From Ignavibacteriota bacterium (GTDB taxonomy: Bacteria; Bacteroidota; Ignavibacteria; UBA10030; UBA6906), in contig CAWDEM010000008.1 in NCBI GenBank assembly GCA_963801355.1, positions 768,001 through 832,000 of the forward strand: a stretch of DNA of 64,000 nucleotides. Reading direction: 5' to 3'. Both the position numbers and the translations under genes were made by a program. Positions 10,448-21,314 of the stretch are shown piece after piece (the stretch's first letter is position 1; each line of letters starts with the position of its first letter). The notes under the pieces are model-generated. The model searched no databases and was not told where the DNA came from. It saw nothing but the letters and a program-made list of their open reading frames with translations.

Positions 10448-11551
10448 CTACGAAATCAACGTTTCGAGTTTCACGAATGCCTTGTCATCAATGGCATAGA
10501 TGCTATTGATGACGCGGACCAGATCCTCCAGATCGACACCAGATCGGTTGGAAAATATGACTACCGCATACTTTGCCGAGGGTTTCGTCAACACTATGGT
10601 TCTGAATCCTCCATTGGAGCCGGTGTGGTAGACAAGCCTGGAATCGCCGGAACCGGCAACAAACCAGCCGAAGCCGTATGAGAGACTCCTGGCGGTATCT
10701 ATCGGAAACTGTGCTGACCGGGCTTCTTTTACCAGATCCGGATCCACCACGCACTTCTGCTGAATAGCCGTGATCCACCGGAGATAGTCGTCAATCGAGG
10801 TATACACTCCCCCATCCCCCATCGTCGAAAAGAAGAGACTTTCTTTAGCGTCCGCAATTCTGAAAGTGTTCTCCTGGGGCTCATATCCGAACGCACGATC
10901 GGATATTTTGAAATCCGGCTGTATGACATTGCTGCGCATCATGTTCAGCGGGGCGAACACATGGTTGCGGATATACGCCGGATAGGTCTCACCGGATACT
11001 TTCTCGATAATTAGCGAGAGGAGACAGAATGCCGTATTGCTGTACCGGTACCGTGATCCGGGCGGGAAATAAAACGAGTCAACTGAGCGGAGAGCTGTCA
11101 GCACATCCTTGTCCCAGAATTCTTTGTACAGCGTTCTGTCCACAAAGGAATAGTGATCCATGATGCCGGAACTGTGGGTGAGGAGCTGCCGCACCGATAC
11201 AATGCTTGCCACTCCGGGTGCGAGATGCGGAAAGAACTGGCTCAGTTTGTCATCCAGAGACAGTTTACCTGCTCGCTGCAACTGCAGAATCGCGTAGGCG
11301 GTGAACTGCTTGGTCAGCGAGCAAATGTTGAAGTTTGTCGAAGGCGTTATCGGCGCCTTCGAATCCAAGTCTGCAAGGCCATATCCTTTCTTGAAGACAA
11401 CGCTGTCATCCTTGATGACGACAATTGCAGCTCCAGGTTGGCCGCTTTGGTAGATGGACGACATCAGCGAGTCGGTTCGGGCACGCTCGTTCTGCGCATT
11501 GCCCCCGATTGCCATGAACGAGGAGAGACACAGGATGATCAGCCGCTTCAT
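10448..11551 (-). CDS. Serine hydrolase, beta-lactamase class C-like family
   Basis: SLTK, LLTHSSG, YSN and HTG motifs; signal peptide. Confidence 0.9.
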   Translation of the reverse strand: MKRLIILCLSSFMAIGGNAQNERARTDSLMSSIYQSGQPGAAIVVIKDDSVVFKKGYGLADLDSKAPITPSTNFNICSLTKQFTAYAILQLQRAGKLSLDDKLSQFFPHLAPGVASIVSVRQLLTHSSGIMDHYSFVDRTLYKEFWDKDVLTALRSVDSFYFPPGSRYRYSNTAFCLLSLIIEKVSGETYPAYIRNHVFAPLNMMRSNVIQPDFKISDRAFGYEPQENTFRIADAKESLFFSTMGDGGVYTSIDDYLRWITAIQQKCVVDPDLVKEARSAQFPIDTARSLSYGFGWFVAGSGDSRLVYHTGSNGGFRTIVLTKPSAKYAVVIFSNRSGVDLEDLVRVINSIYAIDDKAFVKLETLIS

Positions 11552-11820
11552 AGTTGTTTCCTTAGTTTGATGGAGGAGATAACCTGTGCCTCTTCACAAT
11601 CCCGCCTGCGTCCAACATAGCGAATCCGAACCACTTACGCCACTTTGAACTGTTGATCCTTTATTGCGTTCTGCCTTCCCTTCCTCAGAACAACAACTCA
11701 CTTTCGCCTTGAAGACCTGTCCCTCCGGAATCAAATGGAGATACTCATGAATTGCTTCTTTCGTGATTCTTCGAGACGTTAATGGGGGCTCTCCTTTCTC
11801 TCACAGCATGGTGACAGATT

Positions 11821-13080
11821 ATGCCTGCGCAAGTCTCCGAAAGTGTTTCCACACTGCCCCGGGTGCGAGTTGAATCCGTTGACGCATTCCGGGGGCTCAC
11901 AATTCTGCTGATGGTTTTCGTCATCGCCGTCGCAGCGGAAAACTACCGGCCTCTCCCCCAGACGATGTCATGGTTCGGAAGCCTCCCTGTCTCCACCTGG
12001 AACCATGCGGAAGTCGGATGGGAAAGGTTTGTCGAGGAAAAGAAGAGTGCCGGATTGACCGACGAGCAGATCAATCGACTACCCGAAGCCGGACTGAAGA
12101 ACGTTGGCCTCACGGCCACGGACATTGTAGCACCATTCTTCGTGTTCATCGTAGGCATCGCCATTCCTCTGAGCAAAGCACGTCGTGGACGGGCATGGTG
12201 GAGCCATGTGCTTATCAGGACCATCATGTTGATACTTGCAGGTGTGGTTTACATCAGTCTCATCCTTGGGCTCTCCTGGTGGTGGGGAATCTTGCAGGCG
12301 ATCGGCGTGGCCTACTTCATGGGAGCCGCAAGCATGAAACTCTCCAGGACCGGCCGCTGGGTGGCGATCTTCGCGGTGCTCGCATTTCACATGACCATGT
12401 CTCATTGTTTCGCCTGGTGGCTTCGCTTCGGAGACACCCCCGAACCATTCTGGACGATTTCTCAGCTCCACGGCAGTTGGGCCAAGCCCTTCATTCTTCA
12501 CTGCCGCCCATGGGTTTCGATATCTTACGGCGTTATGACGATGATCGGCGTCCTGGTCGGTGAGGCGGTCGCCGGAGGGAAAAGAACAGAAATTACACGT
12601 ACGGCGATCGTTGTCGGATGTGTTTTCACTTTTGCTGGGTTTGCATTGCATAGTGCCGGACTCTACACGGGGGCAACAGAGCTTTGTTTCAACAAACCTG
12701 ACGTCACAGCTTCCTACGCTATGTTCACATCCGGCGTGGGAGCCTTTCTCTTGCTGCTGTTGTACTATGTGATTGACGTCGGGGGGCGGACGAAATGGGC
12801 ATATCCACTTAAGGTCTTCGGAGCGAATGCGCTCCTCGCGTATTTCATGCAGATCATTATGAGGATCTTCTTTCGGGCACTGCATCTGGAGGAGTTTTTT
12901 GCCGGACAGCCAAACGATACACTCAAGCAGTGGGCATCGCTGATCCCTGCCCCTGCGTGGAGTTCGTTCTTTCTGGACAAGTCGGGTTACAACGGCATGC
13001 TGTGGGGAGCTATATGGACGTTGTGCCTCTGGATGATCGTGTGGTACTGTAACAAGAGGGAAATTTACTGGAAACTGTAA
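11821..13080 (+). CDS. Heparan-alpha-glucosaminide N-acetyltransferase-like (DUF5009) membrane acyltransferase
   Basis: RVESVDAFRGLTILLMVFV, DIVAPFFVFIVG and GANALLAY motifs; many TMs. Confidence 0.85.
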   Translation: MPAQVSESVSTLPRVRVESVDAFRGLTILLMVFVIAVAAENYRPLPQTMSWFGSLPVSTWNHAEVGWERFVEEKKSAGLTDEQINRLPEAGLKNVGLTATDIVAPFFVFIVGIAIPLSKARRGRAWWSHVLIRTIMLILAGVVYISLILGLSWWWGILQAIGVAYFMGAASMKLSRTGRWVAIFAVLAFHMTMSHCFAWWLRFGDTPEPFWTISQLHGSWAKPFILHCRPWVSISYGVMTMIGVLVGEAVAGGKRTEITRTAIVVGCVFTFAGFALHSAGLYTGATELCFNKPDVTASYAMFTSGVGAFLLLLLYYVIDVGGRTKWAYPLKVFGANALLAYFMQIIMRIFFRALHLEEFFAGQPNDTLKQWASLIPAPAWSSFFLDKSGYNGMLWGAIWTLCLWMIVWYCNKREIYWKL

Positions 13081-13089
13081 TGCTGACCA

Positions 13090-14001
13090 TTACTTTTTGA
13101 AACTCGTTTTCAGAACTCCGGCCGAACATCTCACAACGCATCGCTGACAGAGGATGCAATCTCCATCGCTAATGCGTGTGCCCATTCTCACGCGCGCGGC
13201 CACGGGAATGTCCATTGGACAGATTGTCGCGCAGGCCTCGCATTCGGTGCACCCCTCGGCCTGGGCGGAGACATGGAGAAGCGCCGGGCGGCTCGTCCAC
13301 CGCAGAATGAAGCCGGTCGGGCAAAGGTATTTGCAGAACGCGCGTTGGTCGTGCAGAGCGAGTGCCAGCGCAATAGCTGCTGCGTAGTAAACGACGACGC
13401 CCACGGCGACGCGCCACACGCTGTGGGCGTGCATGTATCCAAGGGCTCCGTCGGGCTGGAAGTCAAACACCAGGGCGACCAGAGCTGCCGCCGCAAAACT
13501 GACGGCCACACCGACAAGTGGTGTCCAAACCCAAACACCCTTGCGCCGACCCGAGCCCTTGCCGACGGGAAGACGCTCGAGCACCATCGCACGCCAACAC
13601 CCCCATCCGCACAGAATTCGGCCAAAGATGAGCGGACCGACGACGGTGGTCACCATCGTGTGACCGATAGCCGGGCCTAGTGTCCCCAGGATCAGGAGCT
13701 CAAAGAAGCCATCGAGGTCGAGGTTGACGGCTTCAGCCAATGAGAACGTAAGAATTCCCAATCCACCGCCGGCCAGGACGAGCCACCGCCACCACTGTTT
13801 CCGGTCAGGGCGGGCAAAGGCGTAGCCGGCGAGAAATGCACCTTGGGAGAGTCCCCAAACGAAGAGAGCGATAGCGAAACCCAACGCGTTTCCCCGGAGC
13901 AGTACTGCTGCAGCCAACGGCCAAAAGACGAGAAGAGCGATTGCGCTGACGACGAGCAACGCACGACTGACTCTACGCGGGGTCGAGCGTTCCCCGGTCA
14001 C
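13090..14001 (-). CDS. Membrane 4Fe-4S binding protein (NapH/MauN-like)
   Basis: GRILCGWGC, FCKYLCP and two CxxCxxCxxxC clusters. Confidence 0.85.
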   Translation of the reverse strand: MTGERSTPRRVSRALLVVSAIALLVFWPLAAAVLLRGNALGFAIALFVWGLSQGAFLAGYAFARPDRKQWWRWLVLAGGGLGILTFSLAEAVNLDLDGFFELLILGTLGPAIGHTMVTTVVGPLIFGRILCGWGCWRAMVLERLPVGKGSGRRKGVWVWTPLVGVAVSFAAAALVALVFDFQPDGALGYMHAHSVWRVAVGVVVYYAAAIALALALHDQRAFCKYLCPTGFILRWTSRPALLHVSAQAEGCTECEACATICPMDIPVAARVRMGTRISDGDCILCQRCVVRCSAGVLKTSFKK

Positions 14002-14058
14002 AGGATCCTCCGAGCATACGCATACATTTCAAGATCTTGCGTTTGTTTACGTTCTCTT

Positions 14059-14271
14059 CTACGACTTACCCGCCCTGCCCCTACGAAGTCTTAGTAATGA
14101 TTTATCATCGGCAACATACTGCTCCATGTATCCGCATGATGTACAAATGTAGCGTGCAAGATTGGCAAATCCGAACATATCAACTTTGATTGCATTATAC
14201 GTACCAAGTTCACTAGGTATGACCGTTATCTTCTTGGATGAACACTTAGGACAAACACTCGAAGATTTCAT
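14059..14271 (-). CDS. Small zinc-ribbon protein
   Basis: CPKC...CTSCGYMEQY; GGGAG RBS before ATG 14271. Confidence 0.7.
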   Translation of the reverse strand: MKSSSVCPKCSSKKITVIPSELGTYNAIKVDMFGFANLARYICTSCGYMEQYVADDKSLLRLRRGRAGKS

Positions 14272-14446
14272 AATTATTTCTCCCGATGTGATTGGTCCAT
14301 ATCGAGCAATAGCCCATGCCACCTGCTGTGAGAGCGCAAGCACATTCCACTCGCACCCGGTCATTGTGAATAGTGCCCTTTCCACTGACGAGAACAGAAT
14401 CTTTACCATCGAAACCTTTGAATATGGTGCCTCTTATTCACCAGCA

Positions 14447-15961
14447 CTAGCGCTCCCCGCTGAGTTTTCCCTCCGCCCGCAGTCGTGCCATCACGCTATG
14501 ACGCCTGCTGTAGCCGAAGTAAATCGCGAAGCCGATTCCCAGCCAGACGAACAGGCGCCACCAGTTTTCCGCTGGTAGTGAAAACATCAGGATCAGACAG
14601 CATACGATGCCGGCGATGGGGACGAACGGCACCCATGGCGCCCGGAACGGTCGTTCGGCGTTGGGGTGCGTCTTTCGCATGATGAGCACGGCAGCACACA
14701 CGATCACAAATGCCAGCAATGTCCCGATATTAGTCAACTCCGCAAGAATGCGCAGAGGAAGAAAAGTCGCCATGGTGCCGACGAACAGGCCCGTAAGGAT
14801 CGTGGATTTCCATGGTGTCCGGAATTTCGGGTGTACCGCACCGAAGAAACTCTGTGGCACCATACCATCGCGTGCCATCGCCAGCAGCACCCGGGGCTGA
14901 CTCAACATCATCACCAGCAAAACGGAGGTTATGCCCGTTACCGCTCCGACGTCAATCAACCGTTGTGCCCATGGCATACCTCTCGAGGCAAACGCCTGCG
15001 CGACCGGTGCATTGATATCGATCTGATCGTACCGCACCATCCCGGTCACAATTGCCGACACCGCTATGTACAGAACCGTACAAATGATCAACGAGGCAAT
15101 GATACCGATCGGCACGTCGCGTTGCGGGAGTTTGGCTTCTTCGGCGTGGGTCGATACGGAGTCGAATCCGATGTACGCAAAAAAGATGATCGCTGCGCCG
15201 GCCAGCATGCCGAGTGGCGCTCCGTTCGCCCCCGTCTCTCCAAAGAGTGTGTGGCCGAAGAAACTGATCCCAGTGTAGCCGTACGGTGCGAATGGCTCCC
15301 AGTTTTTGGGGTCGACCAAGAAAGCGCCGACAGCGATCACGAAGAGGACAATGACGAGTTTTACGATAACCATCCCAGCGTTGAACGATGCGCTCTCTTT
15401 GATGCCCTTGACGAGGATCGCCGTGATAATCGCTGTGATTACAATGGCCGGGAGATCGAAATACGACCCCGTCATCATGAAATTGCCGGTTTCCAGGTTG
15501 AAATCAAACGGAGCGGTGGAAATCTCATGCGGCATCGCTACTCCGAAACTCCGGAGGAAATCCTGGAAGTGTGCGGACCATCCGTGCGCGACGGTCGCAG
15601 ACCCGACCGCATATTCCAGGACAAGATCCCAGCCGATGATCCACGCGAAAAGTTCGCCGAGCGTCGCATAGGCGTACGTGTACGCCGACCCCGCGACGGG
15701 CGCCATCGACGCAAACTCCGCATAGCACAGGGCTGCAAAGATGCACGCAACCCCGGAGGCTGCAAAGGAAAGAATCAACGCCGGTCCCGCCTTGTCGTGA
15801 GCACCCACTCCCGTCAGCACAAAGATACCTGTACCAATGATGGCCCCCACACCGAGGCTGGTGAGGGTGACCGGGCCGAGTACCCGGCGCAGGCGGTTCT
15901 CCCCTTTCATTTCTTCCAGGAGTAGAGAAAGCGGCTTCTTTGCAAACAAGGGACTTCCCAT
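14447..15961 (-). CDS. APC family amino acid permease
   Basis: GAIIGTGIF, GSAYTY and FFAYIGFD motifs; 12 or more TMs. Confidence 0.95.
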   Translation of the reverse strand: MGSPLFAKKPLSLLLEEMKGENRLRRVLGPVTLTSLGVGAIIGTGIFVLTGVGAHDKAGPALILSFAASGVACIFAALCYAEFASMAPVAGSAYTYAYATLGELFAWIIGWDLVLEYAVGSATVAHGWSAHFQDFLRSFGVAMPHEISTAPFDFNLETGNFMMTGSYFDLPAIVITAIITAILVKGIKESASFNAGMVIVKLVIVLFVIAVGAFLVDPKNWEPFAPYGYTGISFFGHTLFGETGANGAPLGMLAGAAIIFFAYIGFDSVSTHAEEAKLPQRDVPIGIIASLIICTVLYIAVSAIVTGMVRYDQIDINAPVAQAFASRGMPWAQRLIDVGAVTGITSVLLVMMLSQPRVLLAMARDGMVPQSFFGAVHPKFRTPWKSTILTGLFVGTMATFLPLRILAELTNIGTLLAFVIVCAAVLIMRKTHPNAERPFRAPWVPFVPIAGIVCCLILMFSLPAENWWRLFVWLGIGFAIYFGYSRRHSVMARLRAEGKLSGER

Positions 15962-16325
15962 AGTGTTCCGATCGTTAGAAGTACGTGAAAGATAGGGGAT
16001 TAGCCGAAGTAACAACGCACGCTCGCTGCACCTGGGCCGGGCAGATCGTCAAAATTCGGCTGTTCGAAAATATACACGCTATGGAGTACAACCGCAAGGC
16101 TTCTCGAAAAACGGAACTGGATGGTCCCCACAGTCCAAGAAGTCTCATGAGACATGGTACGGGAAAAGGAAGCACGCCAGACCAACCAGGGGGAGCAGTC
16201 CCACCGATCACCGTAACTACTGCACAAACTGCCGCGACATAGGGGCTCACTACAGGCATGGACTCTCGAAGAAGGGCAGGTTACTCTTCTTCAAAGAAGG
16301 GTGGAAAACCAACCTTTGGCGCGAT

Positions 16326-17984
16326 TCAGAGTAATGCTCCCACAAGAGCCTGGGCAACGACTATCTTGGCGATCATCGAAACGGGGTAAACCATCGCGTA
16401 CCAGACATTCGGGGTATCGGAGGTTGATCGTTCGTTGGCAAAGGCCAGGCACGCGGGTTGGGTCTGGATTCCGGACATCAGACCCATTGCTGCCGGAAAC
16501 GAAAGGCGAAGCGTTCGCGCCCCTATACCAAGGACGAACAGCGCCACCAGCATCGTGACGACGGCGCCGACGATCATGAGTTTCCAACCACCGGCCGCCA
16601 GCGTTGTGAGAAGTCCATCTCCCGCTTTCGTCCCGATGCCCGCAAGGAACAGAACCAGTCCGACCTGCCGGAGGGACATGTTCACCGCGAACGGCATGGT
16701 CCAGGTCACCCTGCCGGACCTTTGCAGGCGGCCGAGGATGAGACTCACGATGAGAGGTCCACCTGCGAGCCCGAGAGTAAAGCTTCTCCCACCAGGCAGT
16801 GGCAGAGGAGCCAGGCCGAGCAGGATGCCCAGAACGATCCCGAGGGAAAGGGAGAGGAAATCCATTTCCGTGCTTGACCGAACTGAGTCGCCGAAGAAGC
16901 GAACAACCCTATCAACATTCCCCGCCCAGGTCACCACGCGAACGCGGTCCCCGCGCTCGAGGATCGTCTTTCCAGTTGGAACAAAATCTCCGTCTCCGCG
17001 CCGGACGCGCGTAATGGTGGCATCGAGCATTTGCTGAAGATCAAGGTCGGCAATTGCCTTCCCCACTACCCTTTTATCGGAGACCTCAATCCGGCGGATC
17101 TCGAAATCTCTGTCCCCGGTTGTGATTTCTTCCCTCGCCTCTTCTCCCAGGAGCAGGCGCGCGCGCTCAAGGGCTTCAGGCCCCCCCACCGCAGCTACCA
17201 GGTCGCCCTCCTGGAACACCGTTTCCGAATACACAAGCGAAGTTTCATTTTCCCGCCGCAATCGGCTGAGCACGAAGCCCGGATCGGGGTAATGGGAGAG
17301 TGCCTCCGAGACGGTCTTTCCCATGATTCCAGGATTGACCACACGGAAGGTCTTTGCGAAAATCGATGCGGGTTTTTGTTCATCCGGCGACACCTCCTTC
17401 GCGGGAACCAAGACGCTCCAGAATCTCCCCATCTGGGAGAAGACCAACAGCACGCCGATGACACCAAACGGATATGCAAGCCCGTACCCTATCACCGGAC
17501 CACTCAGGAGCGCGGAAATTTTTCCGGTGGGGACTCCCTCTTGCACGAGCAGTGATTTCGTCGTCTCGAGTGTTGCGGCGAGCGCGGGGGTGTTCGTCAG
17601 GCTGCCAGAAAATGCACCCACCGCCACGCTGGGTTCAAGCGAGAGCAGGCGGACCGCACCGAATGTCAGCAGCCCCCCCAGTGCAATCGCGGCTAGAGCG
17701 AACAAATTTGCGCGGATGGCTCGGCGGCCAAATGAGGAAAAGAAAATCGGACCGGATGCCAGTCCGACCGTGTACACAAAGAGTACAAGCCCGATCACGT
17801 ACACAAGGTCGGGAATCCTGAGGCGGGAATCGATAGCACCGAGAAGGATCCCGGCGAACAGGACGGCGGCCGGACCCAGCGAGAAACCGAGGATGCGAAC
17901 GCTCCCACCAACGTACCCAAGGCCGATAACGACAAAGAGGAGAAGAAGCGGCTGCGTGGCAAGGAGATCAATGATAGTCTGCAT
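16326..17984 (-). CDS. AspT/YidE/YbjL family transporter with two TrkA-C domains
   Basis: Duplicated membrane domains, GSLTNTPALAA, YPFGVIG and TQPACLAFA motifs. Confidence 0.9.
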   Translation of the reverse strand: MQTIIDLLATQPLLLLFVVIGLGYVGGSVRILGFSLGPAAVLFAGILLGAIDSRLRIPDLVYVIGLVLFVYTVGLASGPIFFSSFGRRAIRANLFALAAIALGGLLTFGAVRLLSLEPSVAVGAFSGSLTNTPALAATLETTKSLLVQEGVPTGKISALLSGPVIGYGLAYPFGVIGVLLVFSQMGRFWSVLVPAKEVSPDEQKPASIFAKTFRVVNPGIMGKTVSEALSHYPDPGFVLSRLRRENETSLVYSETVFQEGDLVAAVGGPEALERARLLLGEEAREEITTGDRDFEIRRIEVSDKRVVGKAIADLDLQQMLDATITRVRRGDGDFVPTGKTILERGDRVRVVTWAGNVDRVVRFFGDSVRSSTEMDFLSLSLGIVLGILLGLAPLPLPGGRSFTLGLAGGPLIVSLILGRLQRSGRVTWTMPFAVNMSLRQVGLVLFLAGIGTKAGDGLLTTLAAGGWKLMIVGAVVTMLVALFVLGIGARTLRLSFPAAMGLMSGIQTQPACLAFANERSTSDTPNVWYAMVYPVSMIAKIVVAQALVGALL

Positions 17985-18298
17985 GGTGTTGCCTCAGAAG
18001 TGTCCGCCTATCCTGGTTGTAGATCCCCGGTTCTTCGACGCTGTTCTCCTCCCCAATCCGGTTCATCCCCATGAATGGGCTTTTTCAGGTCAAGTATTTC
18101 CATATCGACGTCCTCGATCTCTCCATCCATGTCGTCGAATGTTCGCCCCTCTGCAATCTCCCCAGCTCCCCACATTCGTAAAATGGCCCATCTTGCACTT
18201 AGAATCCACCGCGGTAACCACATCACCTTCGCCGAGGCAAGTGCTAAGATGGGCTCCTGATTTCACATGTCTCCACGCATGATTACATTTCTTGCGAT

Positions 18299-18427
18299 TC
18301 ACTTCCGGAAAAAGATCGCATAGGCAATTGCCAACGCTGAAACGACCATTGCCCCGAAGAAGAACCATAGGGCAAAGTTGTTGACCGGTTTTTTGGATTC
18401 CTGCGGGGGGTCTTGCTTCTTATCCAT
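18299..18427 (-). CDS. 42-aa single-TM small protein
   Basis: MDKKQDPPQESKKPVNNFALWFFFGAMVVSALAIAYAIFFRK; AAGGTG upstream. Confidence 0.5.
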   Translation of the reverse strand: MDKKQDPPQESKKPVNNFALWFFFGAMVVSALAIAYAIFFRK

Positions 18428-19039
18428 TTGGTCACCTTTGGCTTCATTGTCAGATCCACTTCTTGAATATTCATGCACAGACGTGTTCGTAGGACGAGCC
18501 ACGATGACACGGACTGGTATGACAAATCCCGTGCAGGATCATGCCTCCGTTAGAGGTACGAAGCAGTGGTCTGAGTGAATACCAAGAAGGATGAAAGAGG
18601 TGGGGACGAGAATAGCGGATCTAATGGATCGAGTTATCCGTGGTGGGTGCTATCGGCTCATCATTCGAGCAACCAGGCTGGTTTGAGGATCCTTTACGAG
18701 ATGAGCCCGAGTTGGTGGCAATTCTGCTTCGAAATATCCTGGAATCCGGTGGTCAACATCATCGACTCGATAAGGGCTCTGGGTACTGAGTTCGAGTTCC
18801 GTCACACCGCGCATTTGACTATCGCACTGCCCTGCGTTATTTTGTGGTCGTACTGCTTATTGTTCATGCCGTAGGAATCCTGCACCCCCGTGGAGGTTTC
18901 CATGGTTGGCCTGTTTGACATCGACTGTATCCCTTCTCCTGTTCCCCCGAAGTCTCGGAATCCCACCAAGTGCAAGCATCCCTTTTCAGAGTTCGCTGAG
19001 AGATGCAGCAGTCTGGCATCCACAGCCTCGGAGGTGACG

Positions 19040-21214
19040 ATGCGACTCATGCATATATCGTCCCAAGTCGCCCGGCTGGTCTTGATCGCTTTCATGTTGG
19101 GCGGCTGCAGCGATGATGCTCCGGTTGAATCAGGTCAGACCAATGCGGAGGTGACTGCCACCATCGGACCTTCAGGTGGAGCGGTAACAACGAGTGACTT
19201 CTCGCTGTTGGTTCCTGCCGGAGCGTTTGCTACCTCTGCCACCATCACAGTCACTCCGCTGTCCAAAACTCATCCATTCGGCAGTAATGGCGTCTCACGC
19301 CTCTTCGGCGTGCAGGGGATCCCGGCAGCATTCTCAACACCCCTCACGCTCACGGTCACTCCGATGTCTCCAGGCACAGGCCCTCACTTCATCGCGGTAG
19401 GCAATGAGGTCCCCTTCCCTGCCACTGATTCACTGTTCATGGCGTTCAGCTTCATCAGCGCAAAGGATTCCGCCGGTCGGCTGATGTGCACGATTCCCCC
19501 GCGAGGAAATAGCGGGAGTCCGAAGACACACCCTTTTGCTCGAGCGGGGCGCACTCGTTTGCAGGACGAAATGGACATCTTCATCGCGATCGCCGGCTAC
19601 GACACAACAGAGTTCTACAATTTTGTTCTGTACGCACCAACATTCGTCACTGAAGAAGTGAAGATAGGCGCGTTGGCGGCACTCAACTACGCACGGGCTC
19701 ACATCCTTAATATGGGACTGCCGTTCCCTCAAACATCGCCCGTCATGCCGATTGAAAGCATGGTCTACCGATTCAACAACCAGCCGAAGACCGCCGCTGT
19801 CTATCTGACCAGAAATGCGCGATACAAGCTGAATGCCGATCCGCAGGGACTTCCCATGGTGGGCCTCAACGTCGAGTTGATGGTCCTGGCAGAGAAGGAC
19901 CGGATTATCGCTCAGTGCGGCCGCGAGGCGTTCATGTTCGTTCCCGAAGAAATCTATGGAATCGATGGGTTCTCCCAATACATGGAACCTGACAGGTACT
20001 GGCTGCATTGTGCTGTCGGATCCTGGTTCGAGGAGAAGGTGACGCAGGATCCGAGCCATGTGCCATCGGAACTTGCTGGCAACGAGCTTCAGCCGCTCCA
20101 GGGCATCATCGCGGGCGCCGGCCAGTCATTTGCCTCGTCGCGAAAGCATGGACTGGGGATGGCCCCGCTGATCAAGTACCTGACCGCCTCATATCGTGAA
20201 GAGTTGATCTGGAGGATCTATGAAGGATTGAAGCAGGGATCCGAGCCGGTCGGTGCACTGCTCAACGGTATGGCCGATCCACCATCAGAATGGTATGTGG
20301 CTTTTCTCAAACAGTATCTTACCGGCGGCATCTATGGCATTCCGGCTGAGAAGTTCCTGAACGGCGTTCAGGCAACGGCAAGTATCAAGACTGAAAAAGA
20401 CACGCTCTTCAAGTATCCCGTGTCGTACGCGGACCTCTCTGCACGACTGTTCCTTGTGGACCTCGCCTATCCGGATATCGATGCGAATGCGCGGCTCCGC
20501 ATCACGCTGAATCCACCGGCGGCACTCGAGAACAACGCCCTTGTGCTGTTGTTTGCGGTGGAGAACGGCAAGCTGGTGTATTGGGAGAGCGGAACCGATG
20601 TCATTGTCGCGAACGTGCGGGATTTCACCGCTACGGGACAGAAGGTGCTTGTTGCAGTAATCAATAGCTCGTGCGAGAAGCCATACGACGTGCCTCTCAC
20701 CGCAGAAGTGCGGATGCGCATCGAGAAGCCGGGAGCTGGCCCATTCAAGAATGCCGCCGTGGAGTGTTGCTTCTGGGCTCCTGTCGAAACATCCTACGGC
20801 ACCGTGCTCCCTTCGGGCGCGCAGTATTACTACGGCCGTCTCAGGCCGGGTCTTTTCATGGGCAACACGTTCACCTCCAGTTGGAATGAAGCAGACAGGC
20901 GCGGTCAGCTTGTTATCACGTCAAACGTAACCACTGGAACACCAAGTGTCTCCTACTTCAGAGTCGAAGAGACCTTCATGTCGGGAGGCGATACGCTGCA
21001 CTGGACCATTGTCAGCAAACCGGGCATTTCCTTCTACGGCCAGGTAGCCGGCACCCACGGATACTTTTTTGACAACAAAGGCACGAGCAATGAAGACTTT
21101 GTGGAGACTGCTACACTCCTCAGCACATCACCGAGCGGTTCCTGGTGGAGGACAAAGCAGCCCGAGTGGGTTGACTTGAGTTGGCTGGTGGTGACTCTGG
21201 AGACCAATTGGTAA
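19040..21214 (+). CDS. Large hypothetical lipoprotein (ZU5-like N-terminal region)
   Basis: GGAGGT RBS; MLGGC lipobox; IGPSGG...LLVPAGAF motif. Confidence 0.75.
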   Translation: MRLMHISSQVARLVLIAFMLGGCSDDAPVESGQTNAEVTATIGPSGGAVTTSDFSLLVPAGAFATSATITVTPLSKTHPFGSNGVSRLFGVQGIPAAFSTPLTLTVTPMSPGTGPHFIAVGNEVPFPATDSLFMAFSFISAKDSAGRLMCTIPPRGNSGSPKTHPFARAGRTRLQDEMDIFIAIAGYDTTEFYNFVLYAPTFVTEEVKIGALAALNYARAHILNMGLPFPQTSPVMPIESMVYRFNNQPKTAAVYLTRNARYKLNADPQGLPMVGLNVELMVLAEKDRIIAQCGREAFMFVPEEIYGIDGFSQYMEPDRYWLHCAVGSWFEEKVTQDPSHVPSELAGNELQPLQGIIAGAGQSFASSRKHGLGMAPLIKYLTASYREELIWRIYEGLKQGSEPVGALLNGMADPPSEWYVAFLKQYLTGGIYGIPAEKFLNGVQATASIKTEKDTLFKYPVSYADLSARLFLVDLAYPDIDANARLRITLNPPAALENNALVLLFAVENGKLVYWESGTDVIVANVRDFTATGQKVLVAVINSSCEKPYDVPLTAEVRMRIEKPGAGPFKNAAVECCFWAPVETSYGTVLPSGAQYYYGRLRPGLFMGNTFTSSWNEADRRGQLVITSNVTTGTPSVSYFRVEETFMSGGDTLHWTIVSKPGISFYGQVAGTHGYFFDNKGTSNEDFVETATLLSTSPSGSWWRTKQPEWVDLSWLVVTLETNW

Positions 21215-21314
21215 TGTCAGAGTTCTATCGCCTTCTTGTGAGCTAACTTACGCCCATCCATCCTCAGAAAGGAACTGTTATGGCCACGCTCGACCAGCAT
21301 CCGGGAGCCGGGCC

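Noticed and set aside
10448-11551. True beta-lactamase resistance gene (also 26692-28050)
   Set aside because: The motifs only place them in the broad serine hydrolase family; substrate cannot be inferred
14666-15925. Long plus-strand ORFs such as 14666-15925 and 17323-18282
   Set aside because: Antisense shadows of well-supported GC-rich transporter genes
18008-18368. Short ORFs upstream of the AspT-like gene
   Set aside because: No convincing RBS or motif; not called
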